Below are positions 12,593-26,657 of a stretch of DNA of 64,000 nt, in pieces (position 1 is the stretch's first letter; each line of letters starts with the position of its first letter). The stretch is from the NCBI GenBank assembly GCA_030390025.1, contig CM059433.1, positions 21,950,001-22,014,000 of the forward strand, given 5' to 3'. Under the pieces are notes generated by a model. It was not told where the DNA came from and made no database searches. It saw only the letters and a list, made by a program, of their open reading frames with translations. The DNA comes from Squalus acanthias. Lineage: Eukaryota. Both the position numbers and the translations under genes were made by a program.

Positions 12593-13767
12593 ACTAGATT
12601 CATCAGATTTATTCACTGTCCGTGCTCATCTAAACTGCTTCCTGGTATTTTAACACTGTTCAAACTATTTTGCAGCTTTCAAAATGTTGGCATGTTTTAA
12701 ATACAGCATCATTTTTGAAACAGTACAATCTTGAACCCAGAGTGTACTGAATGCATTGTGAAATTGTGTTTCGAAAGCTGCAGCTGTGTAATGGCAACAG
12801 AAGTGCTTTTCATACATTCTATTACCGAATGTGATAAGGACCTTTCAAACAGCAGTTACAATAGCACTTTCATGTCAATGTGAAATGTTTTTAGACGAGT
12901 GTCCACACTGAGGTGGTAATATAACTTGCAGTTCAGGTCCCCAGCTGACTCCCAGGCCCACTAAAGCCAAGCAGTGTGAAGCCCTCCCCAGGAGGCTGTC
13001 GTACAGCATTTGGGCTTGACACTGAGTGTAGTATAACTCCCGTCCAACTGAGATTAAGAATTGCTCAGGTGGTCTGTTGAATCTCCAGGCCTTTTTATAA
13101 ATGTACCATTGAATCTTTATAATGAATGAAGCCGCCTGCTCACTCCTATTATTAAAGAATAGCTGCCTGGGGAAGTCGAGCTCTGTGCATGCTTTCACAG
13201 AGCGAGGCACAACCAGGTGCAGCCTGCAGTGTCACACAGGACTTGCAGCTGTGCTCACTCTGCAGCTACCTATCTCAGTTCAGTAGTGTAGTGTAACAAC
13301 AGCATTATGGAATCTGCTTAAAAGGGCAATACCTTCATCAAAAAATGTTAGCTAAACTTTTTTTGCTTGCTTACAATGACCCAACATAATGATCTAAAAT
13401 CGGCTGACAGCCAAGACACTGTCTCTTACCATTCTGACAACAGAAGGTATGGAAATTCGAGCTCTTGTTTCTCTCCAAGTACATTTTTTATGAAGACAGT
13501 GACGCCTTATACGGAATAATGCTTTATTGTAGATTGCTTGAAGGTATATTGCTCAACTTGCAAATTTGAAAATTGGGGTTACAGGCCCAAAATATCAGGG
13601 ATGCTTTATTTTACATTATTCATAGTAGCATGAATATTTGAGGAACCTAATATTATCAGTCATTTACTGTAATTTATGTACATCAAATAAGCTTAATTCA
13701 CTTTTATGGTTTCCACACATTTTAATGTCCTTTGTATTATAACTATTTATAATTGTAACACAATTGA

Positions 13768-14143
13768 TTGAAACATATAAGATCCTGAGGGGTCTTGACA
13801 GGGTGGATGTGGAGAGGATGTTTCCTCTTGTGGGAGAATCTAGAACTAGGGGTCACTGTTTAAAAATAAGGCGTCGCCCATTTAAGACAGAGATGAGGAG
13901 ATTTTTTTCTCACAGAGGGTCATGAGTCTTTGGAACTCTCTTCCTCAGAGGGCGGTAAAAGCAGAGTCTTTGAATATTTTTGAGGCAGAGGTAGATAGAT
14001 TCTTGATAAGCAAGGGGGTGAAAGGTTATCGGGGGTAGGCGGGAATGTGGAGTTATCAGATCAGCCATGATCTTATTGAATGGCGGAACAGGCTCAAGGG
14101 GCTGAGTGGCCTACTCCTGCTCCTAATTCGTATGTTCGTATGT
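13768..14143 (+). mobile_element. CR1 LINE 3' fragment
   Basis: Encodes IETYKILRGLDRVD..., followed by the 3' UTR ending cctaattcgtatgttcgtatgt. Confidence 0.9.
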
Positions 14144-15308
14144 AATAGAATGACTGTGGCCCTACTAACATAGTGGGGGAATCTTATGGTCCTTACATGG
14201 TCGTGCTATATGGCACAGACATCCCTCTAATTTTAATGGTTACTCGTCATTCTCCTGTAGTGTTGCTTTCAGTGAGTCAGAAGTTTTGCTGTTGTGTCGA
14301 GTAGTATTACCAGGGACACTGACTTATCAGCATTGAGGATATGAGCTGGGAAGAGAGTCCCAATCTGGCAGTACTGGGGTGGGGGTCTCAGAAGCTAGCA
14401 AAAGTTTGTGAAGTGGGGGGACAGAGGAGCGAGGAAGTCCCAAGGTTCCAGGAACACTGGAGAGGGAGGTTCCGGAAACACTGAGGCAAGTCCTGGGATC
14501 ACTGGGAGAGGGGGGTTTGCTGGTACCTGGCAGTAATGGGGGGAGCTGTCAGTGTGGAGGAAGTGGGCCAAGGAAATAGAACCCAAACCACCCTTTGCCA
14601 CTTTTGAGCCGGTTTACAACCCCCCACTGCATTCCCTACAATCAGTGTCCTCCCTGTCTTTATCTTCCTGCCTCAAAGCACTTAAAGGTAAACGTTCTGC
14701 TTCTTAAAATTAATGGACAGCTATCACAAGGCTGTGGATGTACCATTTCCTATTATGCACTGCCAGCTTATTCCAGGAGTGTCTAAACATAAAATGTATT
14801 CTTTAGTGCATCATTAATGAGTTTGGTGACTTAGACAGTCTTTATAATACACATAAATTTCCATACATCAATAAAAGTTACCTCATAAAGCACTCCAAAA
14901 TTCATTATTTATGCAAGTTTGAAGTTTTTACATAAAAAAAACCCTAAGCTGCAAAATGATTCAGAGGAGAGGTTTTTTTAAACTGAATTATTACACCAAA
15001 GTAAAGAGGCGAGTAACTAAAAAGAAATCAATTCTCGATAAGCAATATTTGTTTTCTGATCATTAATAAAGAAATTTCAGATGCTGCCTGTAAGAACTGT
15101 TGTCTATCTGGGCACTTCACAACACGAATTATAAAGTAGATTCAAAAATCAAAGCCAGAATAAAAGTCGATAGCCCTAGGATATCTGTAAATCGCAAGTC
15201 ATTGGACTGCTATAGGGCTTGTTGGACACCAGGCTGGCCACAGTCTACACAAAGGGACAGACAGTTGACACATCTCTCTTTGATCTGGGCCTGCTGGGGG
15301 GAATCTTG

Positions 15309-15738
15309 GGGGGCGATTTTGCCAGCCCTGGGGAGGCGGGACTGCCGACTCACGCTGGGACCCGTCTCCTCGAGGCGGGAAGGGGATTACAGCCACTTAA
15401 CTGCCTCCGATGCAACAGCCATCTGATTTCTGCTCAGGAAAGAGGTTTGGTGAGTCTTGAGTACAAGGACTCACCAAACAACAGGGAATGTCAGTGTTTG
15501 ACCGCTTCTCAAAGCTGTCAAATGATGACAATTCATCTGTCAAAAATTTTTGACAGATGAAACGTCATACGCTGATGTCCTCTGTCACCGGCTTTCCCTT
15601 AATTGGACTGCTAAACCCGCTGGGCAGGTCAATCAAGGGAAAATAGCGTGGGTTGGCCGGACGTCGATGGAGGCAGGACTAAAACCCGACAAGCAGCAGT
15701 CCCGCCTCCAACGCGCCCCCATTGGCAAAATCACCCCC
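15309..15738. mobile_element. Harbinger-type MITE, internally deleted inverted twin of 53306-54135
   Basis: TIR gggggcgattttgcca / tggcaaaatcaccccc. Reverse-complement similarity to 53306-54135. Confidence 0.8.
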
Positions 15739-16348
15739 AAAGACTCTCCAATTGATTTGCCTGCCTACCATTCTTCCAGTGGCGGCACAGCCAGACCCCA
15801 GCAAGAAAATAGCTCCAAAACAAAGTGTGGCATTTTATAAATTGGGATTGTAGATTTTTTTAACTCCCCTACAAGATTCGGATATCCAGATAAAATCAGG
15901 ACATCCGAGATGTCTGCTGAAAGAATGCATCAGCATAATTTACTGGAAGCATTTTAGCGATCAATTAAATGAGGGGCACAATCCAAAATCAGATCATTTT
16001 TGAATGTTCGATTGAATTCCTTAACCTTCCTTAGTTCAATTATAAATCTTCCATCTCTTTAGCTGCAATTCCCTTTAACTGTGCAATTGCTTGTGTGTTG
16101 GGATTCGTGCCAGTAAATTATGCAAAATAACTATACCATCTCAAGAGTTCTGCATGCAATTGGAGCTAAACTTTCTAAAATTTGTTTTAAATATACATGT
16201 GCTAATATCGCCCTGCTCCTACTTATAGTGATTGCTGTTTATATCTGTATTGCTCACGCTCCATCCTGTCAGTTCTTACCTCGATGATGTGTTTATTAGG
16301 GGATTATAATTAGCACCCATGTTTTTTGCCAAAGTGTTTGAAGATCGA

Positions 16349-16889
16349 GGGGGCTATTTTAAACCCACCCTGTCAGCGGAAACCGGACATGTGGGGCTGG
16401 ATTTTCAGTGACCCGTGGAGTCGGGTTTGGAGGCGTGTGGGGGGTTAAAGTTGCTGATTCGGGGGTCCCGACCGCATCCCGACTCCATTCCGCCTCCACG
16501 CAATTTTGATAAAATCGGTCGCGGGGGTCCCGACTCCGTCCCGCCTCCAAGAGGCGGGAGAGGCCATTAAAGCCCTTAACAAGCCCTAAATTGGCTCTGT
16601 AATGCCATTTTGAAACGTTTTAGCTAGTTTAACCCTTTTCCGACGTGAAGTACGCCTGATGTGAAACACGCCAGTGAAACCTGGCGGGAGCACAAGTGGA
16701 TAGCTGACTATCAGCTGCAGGTCCACTATTACAACGGAGATGTGATGAAGGTAGTAGTAGTATTGTGATGAAGGTAGTAGTATTAGGTCTGAAAGTCGCC
16801 TCTGATGCTGCTGCATTGAATGTATTCAGAGACTGCATGGGAGGACTTGGTTGCAAAAAAAATTCTCTCTCTGTCTCTCTTCTCTCTCT

Positions 16890-16934
<45 letters not shown>

Positions 16935-17749
16935 ATTCTGCTCATTTTGCATCCAGGTCCTCTCACAGCAAAGGCCAGGCAATCTCTGAGACCAGGCAGT
17001 CTCTGACCTGCAAGGATGACATCATCAGAGGCGACTTTCAGACTGAAAACACTAATTGGTTCATGGGTTCCCACATGCTGGAACTCAATTGCCCAATTAA
17101 GTGAAAATTGCATCAATCTCCCACATCCAATTGCAGGCGGGTGAATAACACGAAATGCGGATGACACGACCCTAACCCGCCCCAGTATCAAAATCCAGCC
17201 CGTGGTCTGTTAAAATTGCCCAAGTTACTTACCCAATCTAAAGTGGATAGGTTCCGATTTTCACCTACTCTCCTGAGCAGGCAGCAAGAACACCCACCCA
17301 AAGCCGGTGGGCTCCTTTTTAACATATGCATATCGGGTCCCAATGATGTCATCGGGATCCGACTGCAATTTTTACTAGGCGGTGTGAATGGGAAGCGACA
17401 GTAAGCTTCCAATCAGGCCAATCCAGCGGCTAAGATTGGGCCCAAAAAGGTAAGTTTTTAATTATTATTTTTATTTTCCTTGTGGAGCAGGAGTGCTCCT
17501 CTGGGCCCCACAAGAAAATCATAGATCGCCCCCACCAACCCGACCGCGGGATAGCCCGGCAGCCAATTCCACCACAACCTGCTGTCAGCGGGCAGCCTCC
17601 GGCCCGTGCAATTTTATGCCATGGTCGGGTGGGATGTAAATGAGACCCGGGCTTTAAAATAACACAGGCCACATTTCTGGAGCAGCAGGTGAGCTTCTAA
17701 CTGCTGCTTACCTGCCGAAAACAGGCCCGGAGTTAAAACTTGGAGGCCC
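16349..17749. mobile_element. Harbinger-type MITE hosting a nested MITE
   Basis: Starts gggggctattttaaa, ends gttaaaacttggaggccc. Segment 17205-17380 resembles the 9457/58146 family. Confidence 0.6.
16394..17201. mobile_element. Nested Harbinger-type MITE (808 bp) with a (CT)n tract
   Basis: TIR gggctggatttt / aaaatccagccc with TSD GTG/GTG. Inverted twin at 41755-42455. Confidence 0.88.
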
Positions 17750-18075
17750 TAGATTTTGCCTCTGACCTTTTGGTTGCCAGGACTAAGTAAAGGTACCTTC
17801 AGAGCAAGTAGCCCCCACAGTTTATAAAAACCTTATTGAAGCCATTTCATGCAATATTCAAGTGACTGTTTAAGCTAATCAGGAGCCCTTTTATCCATTA
17901 TTTTAATGCTGTTTATGTTTTTTTAATGTGGATGTATAATTAAAACATAAACCATATTGTTAAATATTTGTGATTCTTTTAAATGTACCTTCCATAAGCT
18001 ACTTTGACTACTTTAAAAATAAATCGGGGAGTTTGTCAGGTTCAAACTAAATTCAAGATACATCTTTTATTGCAG

Positions 18076-18261
18076 CAATCAGTTGTGGTATTCCCAAAAC
18101 CCCTGGAAATGGCTCGGTCTTTGGCAGAGATTACAGCATGGGCAGCAAAGTCAACTACCGGTGCAATGAGGGCTTCACACTGGAATCTGGTCAACAAGCA
18201 ATAGGTGTCTGCAGAGAAGATGGAATGTGGAGTAATAACTGGAAGACTCCACAATGTAAAT
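18076..18261 (+). CDS. CSMD1: CSMD1 internal exon, one Sushi/CCP domain (186 nt, phase 1-1)
   Basis: Acceptor ttttattgcag|, donor |gtgagt. Translates (x)ISCGIPKTPGNGSVFGRDYSMGSKVNYRCNEGFTLESGQQAIGVCREDGMWSNNWKTPQCK with the Sushi C-C-C-W-C pattern. The GNGS and LES.QQA..VC.EDG.WSN motifs resemble CSMD1 as I recall it. Not captured in this frame by the ORF track. Confidence 0.93.
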
Positions 18262-18376
18262 GTGAGTTTCTATATTTACTGAACTAGGATTGCTCTGAAT
18301 CATCTAAAAGAATAATTTATGGTCTAAATTCTTTGTAAATGGATGCACATTTCCAGGGAAATCAATGCAACACTTT

Positions 18377-21300
18377 GGCCGCGATTTCCCCAACCTCGGT
18401 GGGTCCGTGGCGGGTGACATCGGTGGTGGGCCTGACCCTGTTGCTGGCTCCAGCCCGCTGTCCAAAATGATTTTATGTTGATTGGACTTGTTAAGCCCGC
18501 CCAGCGCGTTTGCTGGCCAATTGAAGGAAGCGAGTCTGATGACCTCATTTGATGACACGTCATCAGCCGGTTTCCTTAAAGGGACCATGCGCAAATTTGG
18601 TTTGACAGTTGTGCTGTCAGTGTTCTGCAGCATTCAGCTGCTGCAAACACTGACAAACATGGCACAAAGGTGCACGGCTGCACCCAGGCTCTCGCATTAC
18701 TCATTCCATATGCTTACAGAGGGAATCACAGCATGCAGGGAGGTTCTCTTCCCTTCCAATGGGCGTAAGAGACCTCCCAAGGAGACCAACGCAGCCTCGT
18801 TGCACATTGCACGAGCAGGGACACAAGCAGGGATGTCGTCAGGTGTCCCTGACTGCAGTGGCGCAAACCTTTCAATGATCTCAGTAGATCACGAAATGTT
18901 ACTGCAAAGCCACACTCAACCTCATCCTGCTGTGCCACTCATCATATCCCCATCACTCTGCCTTCCCTACCCTACTCCTGCACATCCTTACTCACACCAA
19001 CTTACCTTGCACCTCCACCCAAGCCTCTCTATCTACATTATCACTTCCCCATCTCACGAGCCACCCCTCACACTCACCCTCATCCTAGTCCAATCATACT
19101 AACTAACAACACACAAGGGTAGGCTCTTGGGTGTTTTAGCCAATGTTCATGTAAAGTTTCTGTTAATGTGGTGTAAAACATTGAAACTTTTATTTCCAAA
19201 ACTTTGCGTTCTTGGACAGATTTTTGTGAACATTTGGAAGTGGTTTGTGAGTTGCAGTGAATGGTGAGGCATAACGGGAGCCCCGCAATGGTGATGAGTG
19301 TGAACGGAATGGCTTGGGCATTGTAGGGATGCTTTATGGTGTTGGTGTGGGGTGGTGCCAACCTGGCGCATCATGTGGCAGCCAGGGTGTACAGAGTCAA
19401 GTGGAGTAAATCTGGCCATGGTGAGGCCATCCCTGGCCTCCCGGGCAGCAATGTGCTCGACTGCTGATGCCCTGTGTCCTGTGCAGCATCAGTTGATTGC
19501 GGAGAAGGTTGGTGTTGTTGTTGGTGCTGCTGGTGTGCCTGGTGCTGCTGGTGTTGGGGCTGATCGTGATGGGATTCTGAGGATCAAGGTGAGATAGTTT
19601 TAAGGGCATCGATGCTGATGTAATAGATGGCAGGTGAACTTACATAAGAACATAAGACGTAGGAGCAGGAGTAGGTCATTTGGCCCCTCGAGCCTGCTCC
19701 GCCATTCAATAAGATCATGGCTGATCTGATCTTGGCCTCAACTCCACTTCCCTGCCCGCTCCCCATAACCCTTGACTCCCTTATCGTTCAAAAATCTGTC
19801 TATCTTCACCTTAAATATATTCAATGACCCAGACTCCACAGCTCTCTGGGGACGAGAATTCCAAAGATTCACAACCCTCTGAGAGAAGAAATTCCTCCTA
19901 ATTTCCGATTTAAAAGGGTGCCCCCTTAATCTGAAATTATGCCCCCTAGTTCTAGATTCCCCCACGAGGGGAAACATCCTCTCTGCATCTACCCTGTCAA
20001 GCCCCTTCAGAATCTTATATGTTTCAATAAAATCCCCTCTCATTCTTCTAAACTCCAATGAGTATAGACCCAACCTGCTCAACCTTTCTTCATAAATTTA
20101 CCCCTTCATCTCCGGAATCAACTTCGTGAACCTTCTCTGAACTGCCTCCAATGCAAGTATATCCTTCTTTAAATAAGGAGACCAAAACTGTACGCAGTAC
20201 TCCAGGTGTGGTCTCACCAATGCCCTGTACAGTTGCAACAGGACTTCCCTACTTTTATACTCCATTCCCTTTGCAATAAAGGCCAACACTCCATTTGCCT
20301 TCCTAATTACTTGCTGTACCTGCATGCTAACTTTTTGTGATTCATGTACAAGGACCCCCAGATTCCTCTGTACCTCAGCATTTTGTAATCTCTCCCCATT
20401 TAAATAATAATTTGCTTGTTTATTTTTCCTACCAAAGTGGATAACCTCGCATTTTCCCACATTATACTCCATCTGCCAGATTTTTGCCCACTCACTTAGC
20501 CTATCAATATCCCTTTGGAGATTCTTTGCGTCCTGCACACAATTTGCTTTCCCACCTATCTTTGTATCATCAGCAAATTTGGTTACATTACACTCAGTCC
20601 CTTCATCCAAGTCATTAATATAGATTGTAAATAGTTGAGGCCCCAGCACTGATTCCTGCGGCACCCCACTAGTTACAGTTTGCCAATCTGAAAATTACCC
20701 ATTTATCCCGACTCTCTGTTTTCTGTTAGTTAGCCAATCCTCTATCCATGCTAATATATTACCCCAACCCCGTGAGCTCTTATCTTGTGTAGTAACCTTT
20801 TATGTGGCACCTTAGCCTTCTGGAAACCCAAATACAAGACATCTACTGGTTCCCCTTTATCCACACTGCTCGTTGCATCCTCAAAGAACTCCAGCAAATT
20901 TTTCAAACATGATTTCCCTTTCATAAAACCATGCTGACTCTGCTTGACTATATTATGATTTTCTAAATGTCCTGCTATCACTTCCTTAATGATGGACTCC
21001 AGCATTTTCCCAATGACAGATGTAAGTCTAACTGGTCAATAGTTGCCTGCTTTCTGTCTCCCTCCTTTCTTAAATAGGGGTTTTACATTTGTGGTTTTCC
21101 AGTCTGTTGGGACCTCTCCAGAATCCAGGGAATTTTGGTAGATTACAACCAATGCATCCACTATCTCTGCAGCCACCTCTTTTAAGACTCTAGGATGCAA
21201 AAAAAAAGACTCTAGGATGCACGCCATCGGGTCCAGGGACTTGTCCACCTTTAGTCCCATTAGTTTGCCTAGTACTTTCTCTCTAGCGATAGTGATTGTT

Positions 21301-22172
21301 TTAAGTCCCCCCCCACCCCAATAGCCCCTTGATTATCCATTATTGGGATGCTTTTAGTGTCTTCTACCATGAAGACCGATACAAAATATTTGTTCAAGGC
21401 CTCTGCCATTTCCCTGTTTCCCATTATTAATTCCCCAGACTCATTCTCTAGGGGACCAATGTTTACTTTAGCTACTCTCTTCCTTTTTATATACCTACAG
21501 AAGCTCTTACTGTCTGTTTTTATATTTCTTGCTAGCTTACTCTCATAAGCTATCTTCTCTCTCTTTATCATTTTTTTAGTTGTCCTTTGCTGCTTTTTAA
21601 AAGTTTCCCAATCCTCTGGCCTTTCACTAATCTTCGCAACATTGTATGCTTTTGTTTTCAATTTGATACTTGAGATGACAGAAGTGACCTGTCAATGGTG
21701 AGAGAAGTTGTTCCAATGAGGTGACACTGGATAGAGAGTTTGCTCCAAACACTTGCAACCTGCAGAAAGCTCAATCTGTCTTCCAAATGCAGTAAGTAAC
21801 AGCTTTTGAGCTTGGAGAGTGAACAGCTGTGAGATGGGAGCTTTTATAGCACATTTGCAGTTGTCAAGTAACGAGATGATTCCATGGTCATACAACTCCT
21901 GACCTGCTTACCTGACGCAAATCCCCGAGCAGCGTGGACCCCGTGGGCGACCTCGTAAAATGTAAAAGTGAGCTCAAAATACTTTTTAATGGGCTGTTAA
22001 CAATGTTATAATGACCTGAATTGCCTCCCCCACCGCTCTGTGTCAGGTCTGTTCAGCCCTGATAGACCCGACATCTGGGAAAGTCGCGTGGTGGCGAGTT
22101 GACAGCAGGCTCCCGACCCACTGTCAAAAAAATATTCCCACCCAACCCGCCACCAAACACGCATGCTGACCC
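18377..22172 (+). mobile_element. Non-autonomous Harbinger element with Myb/SANT-like ORF remnant, copy A, split by CR1
   Basis: Colinear with 32421-34194 except for the CR1 at 19642-21667. Encodes MAQRCTAAPRLSHYSFHMLTEGITACREVLFPSNGRKRPPKETNAA... Right end is degraded. Confidence 0.8.
19642..21667 (-). mobile_element. CR1 LINE, ~2-kb 5'-truncated copy with frameshifted RT
   Basis: Successive ORFs carry [26 protein letters not shown] and RPHLEYCVQFWSP. Tail is (acataaga)n. ACTT occurs at both junctions with the host element. Confidence 0.95.
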
Positions 22173-23326
22173 CTTTTGTGTTTCTTTTTCTCTACTGTGG
22201 CTTTGAAACGCTCACTGAAAAACAGGTGCCTCACCCAGCTTTGTATTTTGACAAAGATTCCTTTAATTTGCAGCTCTCTAAGAGCTGGGATACATTTATC
22301 TGAAGATTTTGTGCCTATTCAACCCTTTGTCTGAAAATGTGGGTCTCCTTAAATGTAGATGGTCTTTCAAACCCTTATATTTAAATATCCCTTGCTGGAT
22401 AGTTCAGATGCAAGATTTAAAGCTGGGATAGTTACCCAAATAGGAACAGGCTTTGCTGAGATGTAAGCAGATTTATTGGAAAGGGTTCAGAGAAAAGTGA
22501 CCACGATGATTCAGGCCCACGGTGAAAAAGTTATGGTGAAATGCTTAAGCGGCTAAACTTACTTTCTTTAGAAAATGACTGAGGTTGCAGATCTTGAAAA
22601 TAATGAAAAGTGCGGATAAGGTTGAATTAAGAATGCTGTTTAACCTGCACAAAGAGCATAAGAGTGAAAGACATAGTACAAAACTCAAACATCAAGCAAG
22701 GTTTGAAATAAATGTTTTTTTCCTTCAGGCTGGTGGACGTGTGAGATAGATTTCCAGAGAAGGAAGTTGGTTCAGTTCAATCAAGAATATAGATTCAGTG
22801 TTTTATATTACTAGAACGGTTTGATTTTTTTCACGACGGTATGGGAGGGACCTTGACCTTTTAAATTTAAACAACACTGAGTTATAGCCAGTGGACTCTA
22901 CTGTTTGGCAAAACCCTTTGATATCCTAGTCTGTATTGTGGTATTTGCCAACAGTACTTTTTTGTGAAAACAAGGTGTTAGATAAGCTTTGTAACTTAAT
23001 CTGTAGGGATACCCAATATTTCTTCAATCGTATTGGAGAGAAAAAGTACATAAGAATGTGAAAACCTAAAGGGGGAATGCAAATGTTGAAGACACAAATT
23101 TGGTGGTGCATTTCTACAGGGGTCTCAGTGACATGCTTCCCCAGAAAACTTTTTACATGATGTCTTCTGGTTAATTTGAAGCACTTTTATACTGCGCAAT
23201 CATAATTTTTTAATCAATGACATTTCGGCTTTCAACAGACCAACGAGAGCATCATTTCCCCAAAAGTTACTTCAGCAGTCACTCTCCAACATCCAACTCC
23301 CTCCCTTGCCCCAGTTCGGAGATAAT

Positions 23327-24070
23327 GGCCCAAAAATTCGTGCGGGAGCCTTCGTGCGAGGGTAAGGCCTTCCCGCGATCTCTCACTGCGCGCTGGCTTT
23401 TTCAGTCCGAGCTCGCACGAACTTGATGTTCTGGACAGCAGCTGTGCAGAGCTTTCGTATCCCACAGGCGTAGTTAATTCGTGCGAGCTGTGGGATCACG
23501 TGACTCAGTTAGAGCCAATGGCAGCACACCATCTTTCATTCATAGCTTTCACAGCACGGCTGTGAAAGCTGTGAATACTATACCCCCCCAAAAGAACAGC
23601 TAAACCTCAATTAAATTTAAAAAAAAAACCATCACATTAATAAAATAAGTATAGTTAAATAAATTAAAAATTTTAAACAAAAAATAAAATTTTTGAAAAA
23701 ATTTAAAATCTTTTAAAAAGTTATAAAAATAAACTTACCTGTCTTTAAAGTCTCTAAAAAAGATATACCTGTTAAAAAAAAATCAAAATAATACTTAATT
23801 AAGTACTTACCTTGTTAAAAGAGGGTCTTACACCTCCTTTCTTTATGTCTAAAATCTTCCATGCTTACCTGCGCGTCCAAAGCACTAAGTGCACAGCGTG
23901 CGCGCAGCCTGTAGCGCGCACGCGGTTCACCTAGGAACCGCCCCCTTTTGAATTCACCAAGTGCCGGTTTTCAGCGCATGCGCAGTGCATGCAGAAAACC
24001 AGCAATTGGAGACAGAATACGCGAGAGTACACAGTGCATACTCTCGCGTAGCGGCACTAATTTTTGGGCC
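23327..24070. mobile_element. Harbinger-type MITE with AT-rich core
   Basis: TIR ggcccaaaaatt / aatttttgggcc, with GC-rich arms around an A/T-rich centre. Shares motifs with 51378-52002. Confidence 0.75.
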
Positions 24071-24577
24071 ATTGTATACTATGCATCTCACACTTTATTA
24101 CAGAGACATGCTCATTCCACCAATCCCCCAAGCTCATATTGGCACCTCTTCCCCTTTTAATTCAGCCTAGCGTTCTTTCATTCTTCCCTCAATTCAAACT
24201 AACACACTTCTTGAGTAGTAATCTCGGGACCACTACACGAGCCACGTGCTAATTGGCGGAGGGATAGACAGATCAGGAAGGTGAATGCGTGGCTGAAAAA
24301 TTGGTGTGGGAAGGAAGGGTTCCATTTCATGGGACACTGGCACCAGTACTGGGATGGGAAGGAGTTGTGCCGCTGGGATGAGCTCCACCGAAACAGAATG
24401 GGACCAGAGTCCTAGAGGAAATGATAAATAGGGCTGTGGATAACACTTTAAACTAGTAAGACGGAGAGGGATCTGGCGAAAATAAAACGAACCTGAAGAT
24501 AAAAGAAATAGGAGATCAGAATAAAGGTCAGACGAAGGTAAGGAATAAGGGTAACATAAACGCTCAGGGAACTGATA

Positions 24578-26135
24578 CAAAAACAGAAAATACTCAGCAA
24601 GTCAGGCAGCATCTGTGGAGAGCGAAACAGAGTTGGGGGGAGAAATTCGGTATCGCCCCATTTGGGGCGCAATTATCGGCCGGGTGCAAAGTTTAGTGCC
24701 TGGCGCTAATTATCACCTCCGACTGCAAACTTGGCTTCTATCGCCCCTGGAGGTGATTGAAGCACGAAATCAGGCGCTACACACCTCTCTTAAGGTGCTA
24801 ACGCCGAGGAGCGAGGCGCTACCTCAGAGCGCTGGCGAAGCTCATGTGATGTCAGTCAGCAATGGAACACAGACACACTGGCGCCGGCCAGTTCTTAAAG
24901 GGGAGGGTCGATCTTGCTCTCCATCCACACCCTGCTCATTGCAGCCTTGAATCTCAGCCTGGAGAGACCTGTACATCAAATCTGCTGGAAAGAACAATGG
25001 AGAGTACCAGGGAAAGAGCTCAGAGTGCAGCCCCTATAGTCTCTTCTAAATCAATGCAAGGAAGGTCAAATCAAAATGAACCTGCAAAGTGCTGCTCAGT
25101 ACCCAAAACTCCTTCACACAACATTGAATCTCTCCAGAAGTCTCTCCCTCTCTCTCAGAATGCGTGGTGCAAAAATGTTTCCGACAAAAAAAGGCAGGAA
25201 GTGGTCGCCTTTAAATAGCGCTCCCCCAGTCCCTTCCCGACTACAAAACGCTCCCCTCAACCTGTCATTGCTAGCGGCAGGCGGTAAGGCAGGGGATGCC
25301 AGTCAATATCCAGTCCGGGGCGTTGCACGCTCGACTGATGTCACGATCTGCAGGCGCAGGAGATCGTGGTGGTAGTGTTTCGCGTTGCCACAAAATATCT
25401 GGTCAATTTCACGAGCGGCGCAAACATTGCCGTGCCCGGGCGCTAGTTGCTTTGCGCCCCATTAGCGCCCTCTTACCATAAGCAACCGAATTTTTCCCCC
25501 TTAAGGTTTCGGGTCGATGACCCTTCGTCAGAACTGGAAAATGTTAGAGATGTAACAGATTTTTAAGCAAGTACAGAGGCAGGGAAAGGGGGGTGGGGAG
25601 GAAAGAACAAAAGGGAAGGTCTGTGCTAGGGTGGAAGGCAGGAGAGATTAAAAGACAAGAGAGGTGATGGTGCAATGCAAAAGGAGATGCTAATGGGACA
25701 AGTAAAGAAACAAAAGATCAGTCTAGAAGAGGTGTAAATGGGAATGGCAGAATCATCAACAGCTGCCATCTGAAGAAATAGGGGCAGAGGTTATGGTCTG
25801 AAATTGTTGTACTCGATGTTGAGTCCAGAAGACTGTAAAGTACCTAATCGAAAGATGAGGTGCTGTTCCTCAAGCTTACATTGAGCTTTGTTGGAACAGT
25901 GTAAGAGGCCGAGGTCAGAGTGGGAGTGGAGCGGATAATTAAAGTGACAGGCGACCGGCAGCTCGGGGTCATGCTTATGGACTGAATGGAGATGTTCCAC
26001 AAAGTGGTCACCCAAACTGCGTTTGGTCTCCTCATTGTAGAGGAGACTGCATCATGAGCAGTGAATACAGTATACTAAATGGCAAGAAGTACAAGTAAAT
26101 CGCTGTTTCACCTGGAAGGAATGTTTGGGGCCCTG
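24578..26135 (-). mobile_element. Penelope-like element fragment (GIY-YIG endonuclease end), split by a MITE
   Basis: ORF 25791-26015 reads LGDHFVEHLHSV...PVACHFN...CKLEEQHLIFRLGTLQSSGLNIEYNNF. The terminal repeat matches the 10259 hairpin arm. Confidence 0.85.
24636..25500. mobile_element. GC-rich Harbinger-type MITE (865 bp)
   Basis: TIR gggggagaaattcggt / accgaatttttccccc with flanks TTG/TTA. Removing it restores the Penelope repeat gagttaa.gtttc. Confidence 0.85.
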
Positions 26136-26139
26136 AAAC

Positions 26140-26505
26140 TTAATAGAGATATTCAAAATTATGAAGGGTTTTGATAGAGCAAGTAGGGAGAAACTTTTTT
26201 TCTTTGGCAAGTGGGTCAATAACCAGAGGTCATAGATTTAAAATAATTGGCAAAAGAACTGGAGGGTAAATGAGGAGAAATGATTTCACAAAGAGGGCTG
26301 TTATGATCTGGAACCCACTACTGGAAGGGTGGTGGAATCAGATTCCATAGCAACTTTCAAAAAGCAATTGGACATGTACTTGAAGAGGACTGATTTGCAG
26401 GGTTATGGGGAGAAAGCTGGGCTGTGGGACTAAATTGGACAGCTCTCACAAAGAGCCAGCACAGGCACAATGGGCTGAATGGCCTCCTTCTGTGCTGTAA
26501 GATTC
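26140..26505 (+). mobile_element. CR1 LINE 3' fragment
   Basis: Contains ttcaaaattatgaagggttttgatag...gaatggcctccttctgtgctgtaagattcta. Confidence 0.8.
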
Positions 26506-26657
26506 TAATTGCGAATTGCCACAAGTTGCTGGCTGAATTGCACCGCTCCGCTGTTAGCTTCACAAAAACGGCATCTTGCACATTAGTTGCCCATTAAACT
26601 CGTCACAGAAAGTTAAATCTATGAATTTTCAGTGTAAGTACACTTTTAACGACGTGA

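Noticed and set aside
12875..13210. 111-aa minus-strand ORF in unique-looking sequence
   Set aside because: No recognisable domain, a non-ATG start and no supporting splice structure. Most other short ORFs in the track are likewise chance or antisense-to-repeat frames.
16865..16932. Arg/Glu-rich protein (ORF 16629-16982)
   Set aside because: It is a translation of the (CT)n microsatellite inside a MITE.
1..18075. Preceding CSMD1 exon
   Set aside because: I found no Sushi- or CUB-coding segment with splice sites on +. It probably lies upstream of the window, though a missed exon cannot be fully excluded by eye.
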